Assembly (NCBI GenBank): GCA_041661265.1
Contig: JBAZUT010000003.1
Coordinates: 15,191 to 79,190, forward strand
DNA from: Minisyncoccota bacterium
GTDB taxonomy: Bacteria > Patescibacteriota > Minisyncoccia > JAHIHE01 > JAGLIN01
Reading direction: 5' to 3'
Length of the DNA: 64,000 nucleotides
A program made the position numbers and the translations under genes. This document shows, piece by piece, positions 1 through 8,539 of this stretch; position 1 is the stretch's first letter, and the number at the start of each line of letters is the position of its first letter. Below the pieces are notes generated by a model. The model searched no databases. It was not told the DNA's origin and saw only the letters and a list, made by a program, of their open reading frames with translations.

Positions 1-327
1 CTTGGAGAATTTTCAAAAACAATGGTCGAGTCCGATTTTATCATCGCTCACAACATCAGTTTTGATGAAAAGATCATTGAGGCGGAATTCCTCAGGACCG
101 GAACGCAAAAAAGCCTTTTTTCACCGAAAAAAATGTGCACCAAGGACCTGTCCACGGAATTTTGCGCCATAGCCGGTACGTGCGGCTATAAATGGCCGTC
201 TTTGAAGGAGTTGCACATAAAGCTGTTTGGAGAGGATTTTGAAGATGCGCACGACGCTATGGTCGATGTGAAGGCTTGCGCGAGATGTTTCTTTGAGTTG
301 AAAAAACTTGGCGTTGTTTCCTGTTGA
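1..327 (+). CDS. DnaQ-like DEDDh 3'-5' exonuclease, C-terminal part (5' end outside window)
   Basis: Reading frame is open to the window start. Exo II-like 'AHNISFD' and Exo III-like 'HDAMVDVKA' motifs are present. Confidence 0.55.
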   Translation, partial: LGEFSKTMVESDFIIAHNISFDEKIIEAEFLRTGTQKSLFSPKKMCTKDLSTEFCAIAGTCGYKWPSLKELHIKLFGEDFEDAHDAMVDVKACARCFFELKKLGVVSC

Positions 328-345
328 AGATCAAATATCAAAATA

Positions 346-1011
346 ATGAAAAAAACGAAAATAAAGATTCTCCGTGCGGTTGCTGTCATGTTTGTATTTG
401 CGGCAATCGCGATCATTTCGATAAATTATATTGAAATAAAAAGCAGTGAAAGATCTGTATATAGGGATATAGGTGGTATTGAAACTAATCGGACGGCGAT
501 CGTGTTTGGGGCGAAGGTCCGCGGTGAAAATATGAGTTCGATGTTCGAGGACAGGGTTGTGTCGGCATTGGAACTATATCGTGCCCGGAAAATCGAAAAA
601 ATACTGGTGAGCGGTGACCATGGAAGGCCGGAATATGACGAAGTTAATGCGGCAAAAGATTATCTTGTGTCCAATGGAGCGGATGCGGATGATATTTTCA
701 CTGATTATGCGGGTTTTGACACATATGACACGCTGTATCGCGCAAAAGAGATCTTCGGTGTTGAAGGCGCAATTTTGGTAACACAGGAATTCCATTTGTA
801 TAGAGCGTTATTTATCGCGAAAAGCATAAATATGAATGTAGTCGGATATGCCTCAGACAGGCATGATTATCCAGGAAAAGAGATATATAGCGGAAGAGAA
901 CTGTTTGCCAGAGTCAAGGCGTATTTTGATGTAATATTGAAATCCAAGCCAAAGTTTCTGGGAGATAAAATTCCCATTGAGGGAGATGGAAGAGAAAGCT
1001 GGGATAATTGA
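346..1011 (+). CDS. DUF218 / SanA(YdcF)-like membrane-anchored protein
   Basis: 221 aa with an N-terminal TM helix. 'ILVSGDHGRPEYDEV' and 'GFDTYDT' resemble the DUF218 core. Confidence 0.5.
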   Translation: MKKTKIKILRAVAVMFVFAAIAIISINYIEIKSSERSVYRDIGGIETNRTAIVFGAKVRGENMSSMFEDRVVSALELYRARKIEKILVSGDHGRPEYDEVNAAKDYLVSNGADADDIFTDYAGFDTYDTLYRAKEIFGVEGAILVTQEFHLYRALFIAKSINMNVVGYASDRHDYPGKEIYSGRELFARVKAYFDVILKSKPKFLGDKIPIEGDGRESWDN

Positions 1012-1066
1012 TTTACAAATATGCATAATTATATTATAATTTTCATATAAATAAATAAGAAAAATT

Positions 1067-1510
1067 ATGGAAAAGAAATATCTGACTTTCTTGGGTCTTG
1101 CAGCTGTAATAATTATAATAATATCAATAACATTTATGAGCAACAAAGGTGATAAAAATGACAGCGAAAACGCTGAAAAGAGCGGAAATGAAACTGTCGA
1201 GAAGGCGAAGGATGATAAAACGGCAAGGGTGACGAAAGCCGGAGATGTAATTTCCGTTCATTATACCGGAAAATTGGCTGATGGCACGAAGTTCGATTCA
1301 AGCTTGGACAGGGGCGAGCCGTTCACATTCACTCTTGGCGCCGGCCAGGTCATTAAGGGGTGGGATCAGGGACTTGCGGGGATGAAGGTCGGAGAAAAGA
1401 AAACGCTCGTTCTGCCTCCGGAACTTGCATATGGCAAAAACGGATATCCTCCGGTGATCCCGCCGAATGCAACATTGACATTCGATGTCGAGCTGATATC
1501 CATAAAATAG
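1067..1510 (+). CDS. FKBP-type peptidyl-prolyl cis-trans isomerase with N-terminal membrane anchor
   Basis: FKBP domain signature '[16 protein letters not shown]...[33 protein letters not shown]'. Confidence 0.8.
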   Translation: MEKKYLTFLGLAAVIIIIISITFMSNKGDKNDSENAEKSGNETVEKAKDDKTARVTKAGDVISVHYTGKLADGTKFDSSLDRGEPFTFTLGAGQVIKGWDQGLAGMKVGEKKTLVLPPELAYGKNGYPPVIPPNATLTFDVELISIK

Positions 1511-1550
1511 AACAGCTGACGAGATGCATTAATCCGGAAAATTACAAGCA

Positions 1551-2516
1551 ATGATGGAAAATAATAAATTTGAAAATAAGAATGAGTATGCTTTTGAGAA
1601 TTTGCTTGAAAAGTATAGGGAAGGCGGAGTCGAACTTCTGAAAGAGAGAAAATTCATCACCAAGGAAGAAATAGAGAATGGATTTAAAGACGAAAAAGTT
1701 CTTGTATGCGATGTTTATGTTAAGGATATAGAGAATCATAGGGAGGGCGATCATTTCAGAGACGGCAATATCTATAGTATAGATCATCATGCTCCATTGA
1801 AGGAATTCCAGCAAAAGATATCAAGCGCCAATATCGCCATAGAATATGTCAGAAATAACGGTCCGATCGGAAAAGATTTTAAAGTCATAACGAATCATAC
1901 CGATGCCGACAGTGTTCTGGCGTGCCTTATAATGCGCGGGGTTTTGCCGCCGGATGACAGATTTGCGAAAGCGGCCATTGCGGCAGACCATACGGGCGAG
2001 AAAAACGAAATTGCTGATCTTCTGCAGGCGATCCAATATGAGAGAGATATCGAACTTGCAGTCAGAAATCTGCAATTATTGCTTGACGGTGAGCCGCTTG
2101 AGAAAAGAGCCGCGGACCTTTTGAAAGAGAGGGATGAGGACCGCATTAAGGCGGAGAAAATGGTTGAAGAAGGAAATATCCAAGAGATCGGAGGCGTGAG
2201 CTATGTTGAACTTGAAAAAAAGATAGATCCGAATTTTTTCATCCCGATGATCCCGGGTGCCATGATCATTGTGACTTTCAGCAAGCATGGGGATTTTCCC
2301 GAACGGCTCGAGACGAGGGTGAGATTGGGGGAGGCCGGCCTGGAAAAGGGCGTGAGTCTGCTCGAACTCGGGATAGAAGACATTGATCCGAATTGGGGAG
2401 GCCGGTGGAATGCCGGTTCTGACAAAAGAGGCGGCGGGACTGACTTGCTGCCGGATGAATATGTCCGAAAGCTGAATGACAGATTGCAGGATCATTTGGA
2501 CAAAGAGGGTCAGTGA
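1551..2516 (+). CDS. hypothetical acidic protein (function unknown)
   Basis: 321-aa ORF. 'IDHH' and 'NHTDADS' motifs occur, but in the wrong order for a DHH phosphoesterase. Confidence 0.3.
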   Translation: MMENNKFENKNEYAFENLLEKYREGGVELLKERKFITKEEIENGFKDEKVLVCDVYVKDIENHREGDHFRDGNIYSIDHHAPLKEFQQKISSANIAIEYVRNNGPIGKDFKVITNHTDADSVLACLIMRGVLPPDDRFAKAAIAADHTGEKNEIADLLQAIQYERDIELAVRNLQLLLDGEPLEKRAADLLKERDEDRIKAEKMVEEGNIQEIGGVSYVELEKKIDPNFFIPMIPGAMIIVTFSKHGDFPERLETRVRLGEAGLEKGVSLLELGIEDIDPNWGGRWNAGSDKRGGGTDLLPDEYVRKLNDRLQDHLDKEGQ

Positions 2517-2574
2517 CCGCCCCGTTGTGGATAAAGGGTATTGACACGAATTTATTATGTGCTAGACTGGTATT

Positions 2575-2758
2575 GTAATTAAAAATATGAACTATTCAGC
2601 AGCACAATCAAATGAAGTAAGGATGACCAAAAAAGTTGGTCATGTTGTGGTTGTGGCAATTAAAAACCTACTAGTAAGGTAATTTGCTTTTGGCTTGATT
2701 AAGAGGAAACTACGTTAAGAATAAGGCTAAAAGCAAACTACTCGAAGTAGGTTTTTTG
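2575..2758 (+). ncRNA. candidate small RNA, copy A of a 4-member paralogous family (about 185 nt; ends approximate)
   Basis: Promoter TTGACA(2541-2546)-16-TAGACT(2563-2568). Core 'cttgattaagagg' is related to the cores of copies B, C and D. The distal stem acctact/agtaggt is followed by a T-run at 2751-2758. Confidence 0.4.
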
Positions 2759-3175
2759 TTTAATTATATATTTTCCCTGACTGATTGTATTGCTGCGAAG
2801 AATGCAGTTGTTAGTGAAAATATAGCTGCACATTGAGATCGCGATGATTTCCCATAAAGAGATCGTTAAAAAATGGCGTCAATCAAGCCGGAGGTTTTGA
2901 GCGAAATGCTACTACAATTGCGTTTTGCGGCAGGAAATATCTTTCAAGAAAGAAGCTTTGAATTTTCAGAGCAACACCATGGATCCCGCAACAACCGAAT
3001 CAATCTCAATTGTTTTCAGCCGTCACTAATCAATGCGGGATATGAAGAATAAAAAAAATATCTTCATATCCCAATCTCTCCCTTGTTTTTTTAAAACAGA
3101 TTTCTGAACAGTGGGATCAGAAATTTGCGTTAAAAAGATCAAAACGCGGTAAATTAAAAAAAAGGAGGATAAAAA

Positions 3176-3322
3176 ATGGTGTATTTTGCACAGGACGAGT
3201 CCGTAATAAACGGAATAGTGGACTCAAAAAAGAGCGAAGCCGACAAAGACAAGTATGGATTGCGCGATGAGCAATTCGATGTCGCAAGAAACACTGGCAA
3301 GGCACAAGAGTTTGGGGAATAG
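3176..3322 (+). CDS. small hydrophilic protein (48 aa), paralog of the 3513 ORF
   Basis: Strong RBS AAGGAGG 7 nt upstream. N-terminus MVYFAQDES and a G-L-R-DEQ motif are shared with the 3513 ORF. Missing from the ORF track because it is under 60 aa. Confidence 0.4.
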   Translation: MVYFAQDESVINGIVDSKKSEADKDKYGLRDEQFDVARNTGKAQEFGE

Positions 3323-3512
3323 GACTAAATATTCCCCGCTCGTATTTTAGAAAGTTTGTTTTTGTCCGCATGAAGCGAGCAGAAATAAGCTCTATAAAAG
3401 ACGGGCTTAAACAGGATGATAAGCATGCCATCACGGCGCTTATACTTTCACGACTTGGAAAAAAAGCCAAGCACGGCAAGATCCTTGAAAATAATAGAAA
3501 AGAGGGAAAAAT

Positions 3513-3635
3513 ATGGTAAGTTTTGCAAAAGAAGGTTCAAAAATAACCGCGTTTGAAATAGAAAAAGAAAGCAGAGAGCGTTTTGGAAGAAAGGATGAGC
3601 AGAACATAAACGGTAATTTTGAAAGAGGAAATTAA
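3513..3635 (+). CDS. small hydrophilic protein (40 aa), paralog of the 3176 ORF
   Basis: RBS AGAGGGA. MVSFAKEGS...GRKDEQ aligns with the 3176 ORF. The ATG overlaps the stop of an upstream 49-aa ORF (3371-3519). Confidence 0.35.
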   Translation: MVSFAKEGSKITAFEIEKESRERFGRKDEQNINGNFERGN

Positions 3636-3655
3636 ATAAACCATATAAACAATAA

Positions 3656-3692
3656 GGGAAGCGGAAACTTGACCGCTTCCCGGCCATTTTTC
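3656..3692 (+). terminator. intrinsic terminator
   Basis: Perfect 9-bp stem gggaagcgg/ccgcttccc, then 'ggccatttttc'. Confidence 0.55.
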
Positions 3693-4050
3693 ATATGATC
3701 CCGTCCATGCTTATAAGGTTTACAGGCACTGACGGGCTTAAAATGAAAAGCCCTTACACAAATAAGAGAGGTTAAACAACTAAAAAAAGTTGGGTGCTAT
3801 CCGACCAACATTCGGAAAAAGTTCCTGCCTCTCTTATACCAATCATCTGCGTGATAATTGCGAACCTATCCCTGTTTTAATGATTTAAACCGGAGATAGG
3901 CTCACAAAGCCGAGAGTTGCGGGGCATGGCCAAACATGCCATGAAGAAGTGAAAGCACTTTATTTCTTAAGGGAATTATTTTCCGACCCCAGCTCTAAAC
4001 ACTGATAACATTCCGTTATCGAACAAAATAAACAGAAAGAGGAGATAAAC

Positions 4051-4215
4051 GTGGCAAATAAAGACAAAGCAAATGAAGACACCGGTAATACCGATGAGAG
4101 AAAAAATAAGATCGAACACAACAATGAGGTTCATGAGAAAATGAAAAATAAAGATGCCGCCGGAATAATCGGCGACAAGTTCGTGGATGATCACTATGTA
4201 CCGAGGTGCTATTGA
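4051..4215 (+). CDS. small K/N/E-rich protein (54 aa, GTG start)
   Basis: RBS AAGAGGAG 8 nt upstream of GTG. Followed by the terminator at 4215-4238 (gaggaca/tgtcctc plus T7). Confidence 0.35.
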   Translation: MANKDKANEDTGNTDERKNKIEHNNEVHEKMKNKDAAGIIGDKFVDDHYVPRCY

Positions 4216-4242
4216 GGACAAAATGTCCTCATTTTTTTATGC

Positions 4243-4270
4243 TTGACATTATTATAAAATGTATTATACT
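4243..4270 (+). promoter_or_regulatory. sigma70-like promoter for the leader and LeuA/CimA-family gene
   Basis: TTGACA(4243-4248)-16-TATACT(4265-4270). Confidence 0.45.
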
Positions 4271-4290
4271 GAAACAAGTTAATAAAAAAT

Positions 4291-4362
4291 ATGACCGGAA
4301 ATCATAATACAATCATCAGCATTATCATTAACCGCGGGGCTTTGTCCTGTCGGCTATTTTGA
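4291..4362 (+). CDS. putative isoleucine-rich attenuation leader peptide (23 aa: MTGNHNTIISIIINRGALSCRLF)
   Basis: Five Ile codons within six consecutive codons (atc atc agc att atc att). First ATG after an in-frame stop. Lies in the 200-nt leader of a branched-chain pathway gene. Confidence 0.4.
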   Translation: MTGNHNTIISIIINRGALSCRLF

Positions 4363-4390
4363 TGCAAAAAAAATAGCACACAAGATAAAG

Positions 4391-4416
4391 TCCCGGGAAA
4401 GCGCCCGGGATTTTAA
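4391..4416 (+). terminator. attenuator-type terminator in the leader
   Basis: Stem tcccggg/cccggga followed by 'ttttaaatt', about 30 nt after the leader stop and about 50 nt before the structural gene RBS. Confidence 0.4.
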
Positions 4417-4468
4417 ATTATCAAGAAATAAAAATAAATATCAGAACAAAAAAAGGAGGAATAGAACA

Positions 4469-5974
4469 TTGACATTTAGAAAAGAAATAAAAATTCTGGA
4501 CACAACGCTTAGAGACGGAGAACAGACTCCGGGAATATCATTCAGCAAGGAAAGCAAGATGGCCATTGCTGAAAATCTTGATCTGTTGGGAGTCGATGTC
4601 ATCGAGGTCGGATCTGTTATAACCTCGGAAGGCGAGCGGGAATTCGCGAAAGAGATCACTAAAAAGAAACGCGAAGGAAAAATAAAAGCCGAGCTTTGCA
4701 CATATTCCAGGATAAGGAAAGAAGATATCGACTATGCCAAAGAATGCGGTCTTGATTCCGTTCATCTTGTGGTTCCGGTTTCCGATCTGCATATAACTGA
4801 AAAGTTGAAGCAGGACAGGAAAACGGTCATGAATACGGCAATTGAAATGGTGAAGTACGCCAAATCTCTCGGGCTGACAGTCGAACTCAGCGGAGAAGAC
4901 GCTTCGCGCGCGGATATGGTATTCCTGAAGGAATTATATAATGCGGGAATAGACGCAGGCGCAGACAGGCTGTGTTTCTGCGATACTGTCGGTATTCTGA
5001 CTCCGGAAAGGACATACGAGATATTTCTTGAGCTTTCAAAGCTTCGCGCCCCGATCAGTATACATTGCCATAATGATTTCGGAATGGCAACGGCTAATAC
5101 TGTCGCGGCACTCCGGGCTGGAGCCGCACAGGCCCACGTAACGATCAACGGGATCGGAGAGCGCGCAGGAAACACTTCTCTTGAAGAGGTTGTAATGACT
5201 CTCTATTCTTTATATAAGAAAGAGACGAATATAAAGACGAGAAACCTGTATAAATCCTCAAGGCTTGTCAGCAGGCTTAGCGGGATACCCGTTGCTCTCA
5301 ATAAGGCGATAGTCGGCGGAAATTCGTTCACGCATGAAGCGGGAATACACGTGCATGGCCTGAAGGCGAACACTGCGACATACGAGCCGATCACGCCGGA
5401 GCTTGTCGGACGCGAAAGAAGGATCCTTCTTGGAAAGCATGCTGGCAGAGCATCTGTCGAACTCGCAATGAGGGAACTTGGACTTACCGCGGATGACAAG
5501 CAGATAAATGAGATAACAAAGCGGGTAAAGGAGGTTGGAGACAAAGGCAAGCGCGTAACTGATGCCGATTTCGAAAAGATCGCCGAAGTGGTGCTCGGCA
5601 TATACAAAGAAGCAAAAGTCAAGCTCGAAGAACTGACGGTCGTTTCCGGGAATACAGTGATGCCGACGGCGTCGATCAAGATCCGCGTGAACGGAAAGCA
5701 GATCGTCGAGGCCGGAGTCGGCACAGGTCCCGTAGATGCGGCAAGAAATGCATTGGAAAAGGCTCTGAGTGCGATCGGAGACATCCGGCTTGAGGAATAT
5801 CATGTGGATGCCATCGAAGGCGGCACTAATGCGTTGGTCGAGGTCTGGGTGAAACTCAGCAAAGACGGAAAAACCATAACGGCGAAAGGCGCCAGGACGG
5901 ATATTATCATGGCTTCAGTCGAAGCGATGCTGGAAGGCATAAACCGCCTTTTGAACGGCAAGAATAAAGAATAA
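4469..5974 (+). CDS. 2-isopropylmalate synthase / (R)-citramalate synthase family (LeuA/CimA), TTG start
   Basis: HMGL-like N-terminus 'ILDTTLRDGEQTPG' and 'HCHNDFGMATANTVAALRAGA', plus a C-terminal LeuA-dimerisation-like region. RBS AGGAGG. The Ile-rich leader favours CimA. Confidence 0.8.
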   Translation: MTFRKEIKILDTTLRDGEQTPGISFSKESKMAIAENLDLLGVDVIEVGSVITSEGEREFAKEITKKKREGKIKAELCTYSRIRKEDIDYAKECGLDSVHLVVPVSDLHITEKLKQDRKTVMNTAIEMVKYAKSLGLTVELSGEDASRADMVFLKELYNAGIDAGADRLCFCDTVGILTPERTYEIFLELSKLRAPISIHCHNDFGMATANTVAALRAGAAQAHVTINGIGERAGNTSLEEVVMTLYSLYKKETNIKTRNLYKSSRLVSRLSGIPVALNKAIVGGNSFTHEAGIHVHGLKANTATYEPITPELVGRERRILLGKHAGRASVELAMRELGLTADDKQINEITKRVKEVGDKGKRVTDADFEKIAEVVLGIYKEAKVKLEELTVVSGNTVMPTASIKIRVNGKQIVEAGVGTGPVDAARNALEKALSAIGDIRLEEYHVDAIEGGTNALVEVWVKLSKDGKTITAKGARTDIIMASVEAMLEGINRLLNGKNKE

Positions 5975-6062
5975 TAAAGAAATAGAGAGCTTAAACGTAA
6001 GCTCCTTTTTTATTTTCTCAAAAAGTGATATTCTTAGTGTGTGAATAATTAATCATAAAAAT

Positions 6063-7211
6063 ATGGAATTTTCCGATAGGGCGAAACAGATGAAGGGTTC
6101 GGCAACTTTGTTTTGGGATATGAAGGTGAAAGAGGCGATGAAGCTGGATGCAAGCGTCATAAATCTTACTATCGGCCAGCCCGATTTCGATACTCCGGAA
6201 TTTCTTTCGCAGGCGATAAGGGCGGTTTCAGGCAAGACAGGCGTGAACCGATATGCGAATACGCAGGGAGAGCCGGAGCTGAGAAAGATATTAGCCGATA
6301 TATTGAAACAAAAGAAGGACGTGGAATACGATGAAAGCGAGATTATCTGGACGAGCTCCAAGGAGGCCATATTTCTGGCTGTCTCGGTTCTTGTCGGAAA
6401 AGGCGATGAGGTGATCTTGCTGAGTCCATGCTGGCCGACCTATGGCGAAGTTGTGAATTATTGCGACGGCAAGGCTGTGTACGTCGGGACTGACCGGAAT
6501 TTTCATCCTGTTGCGGAAGAAATAGAAAAAGCCGTGAACGAAAGAACGAAAGTGATAATCATCAACAGTCCGAATAATCCGTCGGGCGCGGTATATGGGG
6601 AACAAGAGATCGCCAAGATCGCCAAGATCGCGAAGGATCACGATCTTATTGTGATCTCTGATGAAGTTTACAGCAGCATTTTGTTTGATGGCGGGAAGCA
6701 TATTTCGATCGCAAGACTTGAGGGAATGAAGGAGAGAACGATAATCATCGAGGGATTCAGCAAAGGCCTTTCGGTTCCGGGTTTCAGGGCGGGCTATGCG
6801 GCGGGAGCAAAGGAAATTATCGGGAAAATAAGGGACCTTAAGAGCAATATCTCCGGCAACAGCGATTCGCTTATGCAGTATGCCATAATTGATTCGCTTT
6901 CAAACGGCCTGGAAGCTTATTTTGAATTTGAAAAAAAGCTCAAGGAGTCTTTTGAGAAGAGAAGGAATTTTTTCATTTCACATCTCAGCATACCGGGATC
7001 GATCGCGGCGCAGGGAGCATTCTATCTGTTCGCTCCGATCCCATCGAAAGTGTCGGGTTCAATGGAGTTTTGCGGTACAATGCTGGAGAAGAAGATCGGC
7101 ATCACGCCGGGCATATTCTTTCAGAAAGAAGGATATGCCAGAATCTCGTTCGCCGTTAAAGAGGAAAAACTTAAAATTGCGGCTGATATATTGCAAAATG
7201 AGTACAGATAG
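6063..7211 (+). CDS. class I/II PLP-dependent aminotransferase (aspartate/aromatic aminotransferase-like)
   Basis: 'INSPNNPSGAVY' and the PLP-lysine motif 'FSKGLSVPGFRAGY'. Confidence 0.75.
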   Translation: MEFSDRAKQMKGSATLFWDMKVKEAMKLDASVINLTIGQPDFDTPEFLSQAIRAVSGKTGVNRYANTQGEPELRKILADILKQKKDVEYDESEIIWTSSKEAIFLAVSVLVGKGDEVILLSPCWPTYGEVVNYCDGKAVYVGTDRNFHPVAEEIEKAVNERTKVIIINSPNNPSGAVYGEQEIAKIAKIAKDHDLIVISDEVYSSILFDGGKHISIARLEGMKERTIIIEGFSKGLSVPGFRAGYAAGAKEIIGKIRDLKSNISGNSDSLMQYAIIDSLSNGLEAYFEFEKKLKESFEKRRNFFISHLSIPGSIAAQGAFYLFAPIPSKVSGSMEFCGTMLEKKIGITPGIFFQKEGYARISFAVKEEKLKIAADILQNEYR

Positions 7212-7266
7212 AGCAGTTTTGCCGGGTGCTATTGACACGCGATTTCAGTCATGGTAATCTGAACTC

Positions 7267-7416
7267 AGTAAATAATAATCGTTATATGATAACACTGAAA
7301 AACCAAGCAATCTGTTGTTGTTGCGCTTTCTAAGAAGGCTGGTTTTATAGTGTTATGTAAATTATAATAAGATTTAGATGATACTGTGAAGCTGGTCTTT
7401 TTGGACCGGTTTTTTA
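7267..7416 (+). ncRNA. candidate small RNA, copy C of the paralogous family (about 150 nt)
   Basis: Promoter TTGACA(7232-7237)-17-TAATCT. Core 'ctttctaagaaggctggttttatagtgttatg' is homologous to copy B 'ccttccaataagataggtcgttttgtgatgag'. Terminator ggtct/ggacc plus T6 at 7394-7415. Confidence 0.45.
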
Positions 7417-7447
7417 GTTGTGTACATTGAAAAAGAGGTGAACATAC

Positions 7448-7567
7448 ATGCAGGAAGATAATGATAAGATCAATAAAAACAAAAATAAACAGGAGAATGA
7501 AGACGGATCAAAAAAAGATCTGAGAAAAAGAAAAAGGGGTTCGATCGCAGGTCCCGGCGGATGCTAG
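7448..7567 (+). CDS. small K-rich peptide (39 aa), speculative
   Basis: RBS AGAGGTG, then MQEDNDKINKNKNKQENEDGSKKDLRKRKRGSIAGPGGC. Composition resembles the 4051 ORF. Confidence 0.2.
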   Translation: MQEDNDKINKNKNKQENEDGSKKDLRKRKRGSIAGPGGC

Positions 7568-7596
7568 GACCGCTGAATCCGTCGAAAGAAACGTTT

Positions 7597-7713
7597 GCCG
7601 AGGTGGCCGAGAAGGATAGGCGGACTTCGTCTTGCTGAAAAGCCAGACTATGTCCCGCCAAAGGCAGAAGACAGCAGATCTTCAAAACACAGGTTCGAAT
7701 CCTGTCCTTGGCT
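7597..7713 (+). other. tRNA-like element, non-canonical (117 nt). Canonical 3' half, Leu-like 5' half, about 45-nt insertion between them
   Basis: Exact T-arm acagg-TTCGAAT-cctgt (7689-7705). The 3' acceptor strand ccttggc pairs with gccgagg at 7597-7603, allowing one G.U. 'tg' (U8, G9) and a D-arm gcc-gagaaGGata-ggc follow, like tRNA-Leu 'GCCGAGGTGG'. A stem-loop gaaga-cagcaga-tcttc (7667-7683) sits five nt before the T-arm. Confidence 0.35.
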
Positions 7714-7760
7714 TTCGAATTATTATTCAGAAAAAATAAAAAACAAAGGAGAAGATAAAA

Positions 7761-8435
7761 GTGGACGAAAATAAAAACAAGATCATATCTGTTCTCAACA
7801 GCCGCGGTGTAAGAAGAGAACAGCTCGACAGTGAAACGTTAAAAGACATCGAAAACATAATTTCCGCATGCGGAACAGAACCGATCAAGCTGGTCGGATA
7901 TTGGGGGGTCGGTGAAAAGCAAGAACCGACCGAGATAGACCGCAAAGCCCTAGATAAATTATCCGATATAATGAAGATGACCGACGATCGGATCAAAGTG
8001 CATCTGATATTGGCGGATAAGCATGGCGAGTTCAATGGCTATGAAAATGATATTTATCTCAATAAGATATCTTCAATAGCCGGAGAAAGGAATATCAGTA
8101 CCGCATTTCTGAGCGCGATATATCATGAAGTGGGCCTGGATGCCGCGGATCTTACAAATGTAAGCGATGACATCTGGAATAAATTTCCGGAATGTTACAG
8201 GTGTATTATCGAGAAAAGAGCGGGAATACATCAAAAGAAATGCGAAGCATCCGAAGATGCGAAAAGATATCTGCACATGACGCAGGTTGAAAAACAGAAA
8301 ATCGGAGCAGTTTATCCGAACTGCATATGGTTCACATATGGAGACATCAAGAACCTGAAGGATCTTTTTCCCAGGCCGGTAATTTCGATCTGGCCGATCA
8401 AAAGAGGGAAATCGGTACTGCCATGGTTCAGCTAG
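7761..8435 (+). CDS. hypothetical protein (224 aa, GTG start)
   Basis: RBS AAGGAG. No recognisable family. Followed by the terminator gggtgag/ctcaccc plus T6 at 8437-8470. Confidence 0.5.
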   Translation: MDENKNKIISVLNSRGVRREQLDSETLKDIENIISACGTEPIKLVGYWGVGEKQEPTEIDRKALDKLSDIMKMTDDRIKVHLILADKHGEFNGYENDIYLNKISSIAGERNISTAFLSAIYHEVGLDAADLTNVSDDIWNKFPECYRCIIEKRAGIHQKKCEASEDAKRYLHMTQVEKQKIGAVYPNCIWFTYGDIKNLKDLFPRPVISIWPIKRGKSVLPWFS

Positions 8436-8539
8436 CGGGTGAGATATAAACCAAACTCACCCTTTTTTATTTTAAATTATCTGATATAATTAACGTAATG
8501 CATGAACGAGAATGCTTATAAATCAACTAATTCAATTTT

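Noticed and set aside
1551-2516. DHH-family phosphoesterase call
   Set aside because: A DHH-like 'IDHH' and a motif-I-like 'NHTDADS' are present, but in reversed order relative to the family. The protein is left as hypothetical.
2575-2758. Assignment of sRNA-like copy A to 6S RNA on the basis of its length of about 185 nt
   Set aside because: Length alone is not diagnostic. The characteristic central-bubble hairpin could not be established by eye.
5203-5803. Long antisense ORFs inside leuA/cimA, hppA (59125..59625), ftsZ (29235..29909), ftsA (28043..28723), smc (39177..39674) and others
   Set aside because: They lie fully inside well-supported genes on the opposite strand, have low-complexity Ser/Pro/Ala-rich translations and lack an RBS. 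They are treated as non-coding frame artefacts.
7212-7713. tmRNA ending at the tRNA-like T-arm and acceptor
   Set aside because: No 5' acceptor strand was found about 350 nt upstream, and there is no tag-peptide reading frame of the ANDENYALAA type. The gccgagg partner lies only 117 nt upstream.
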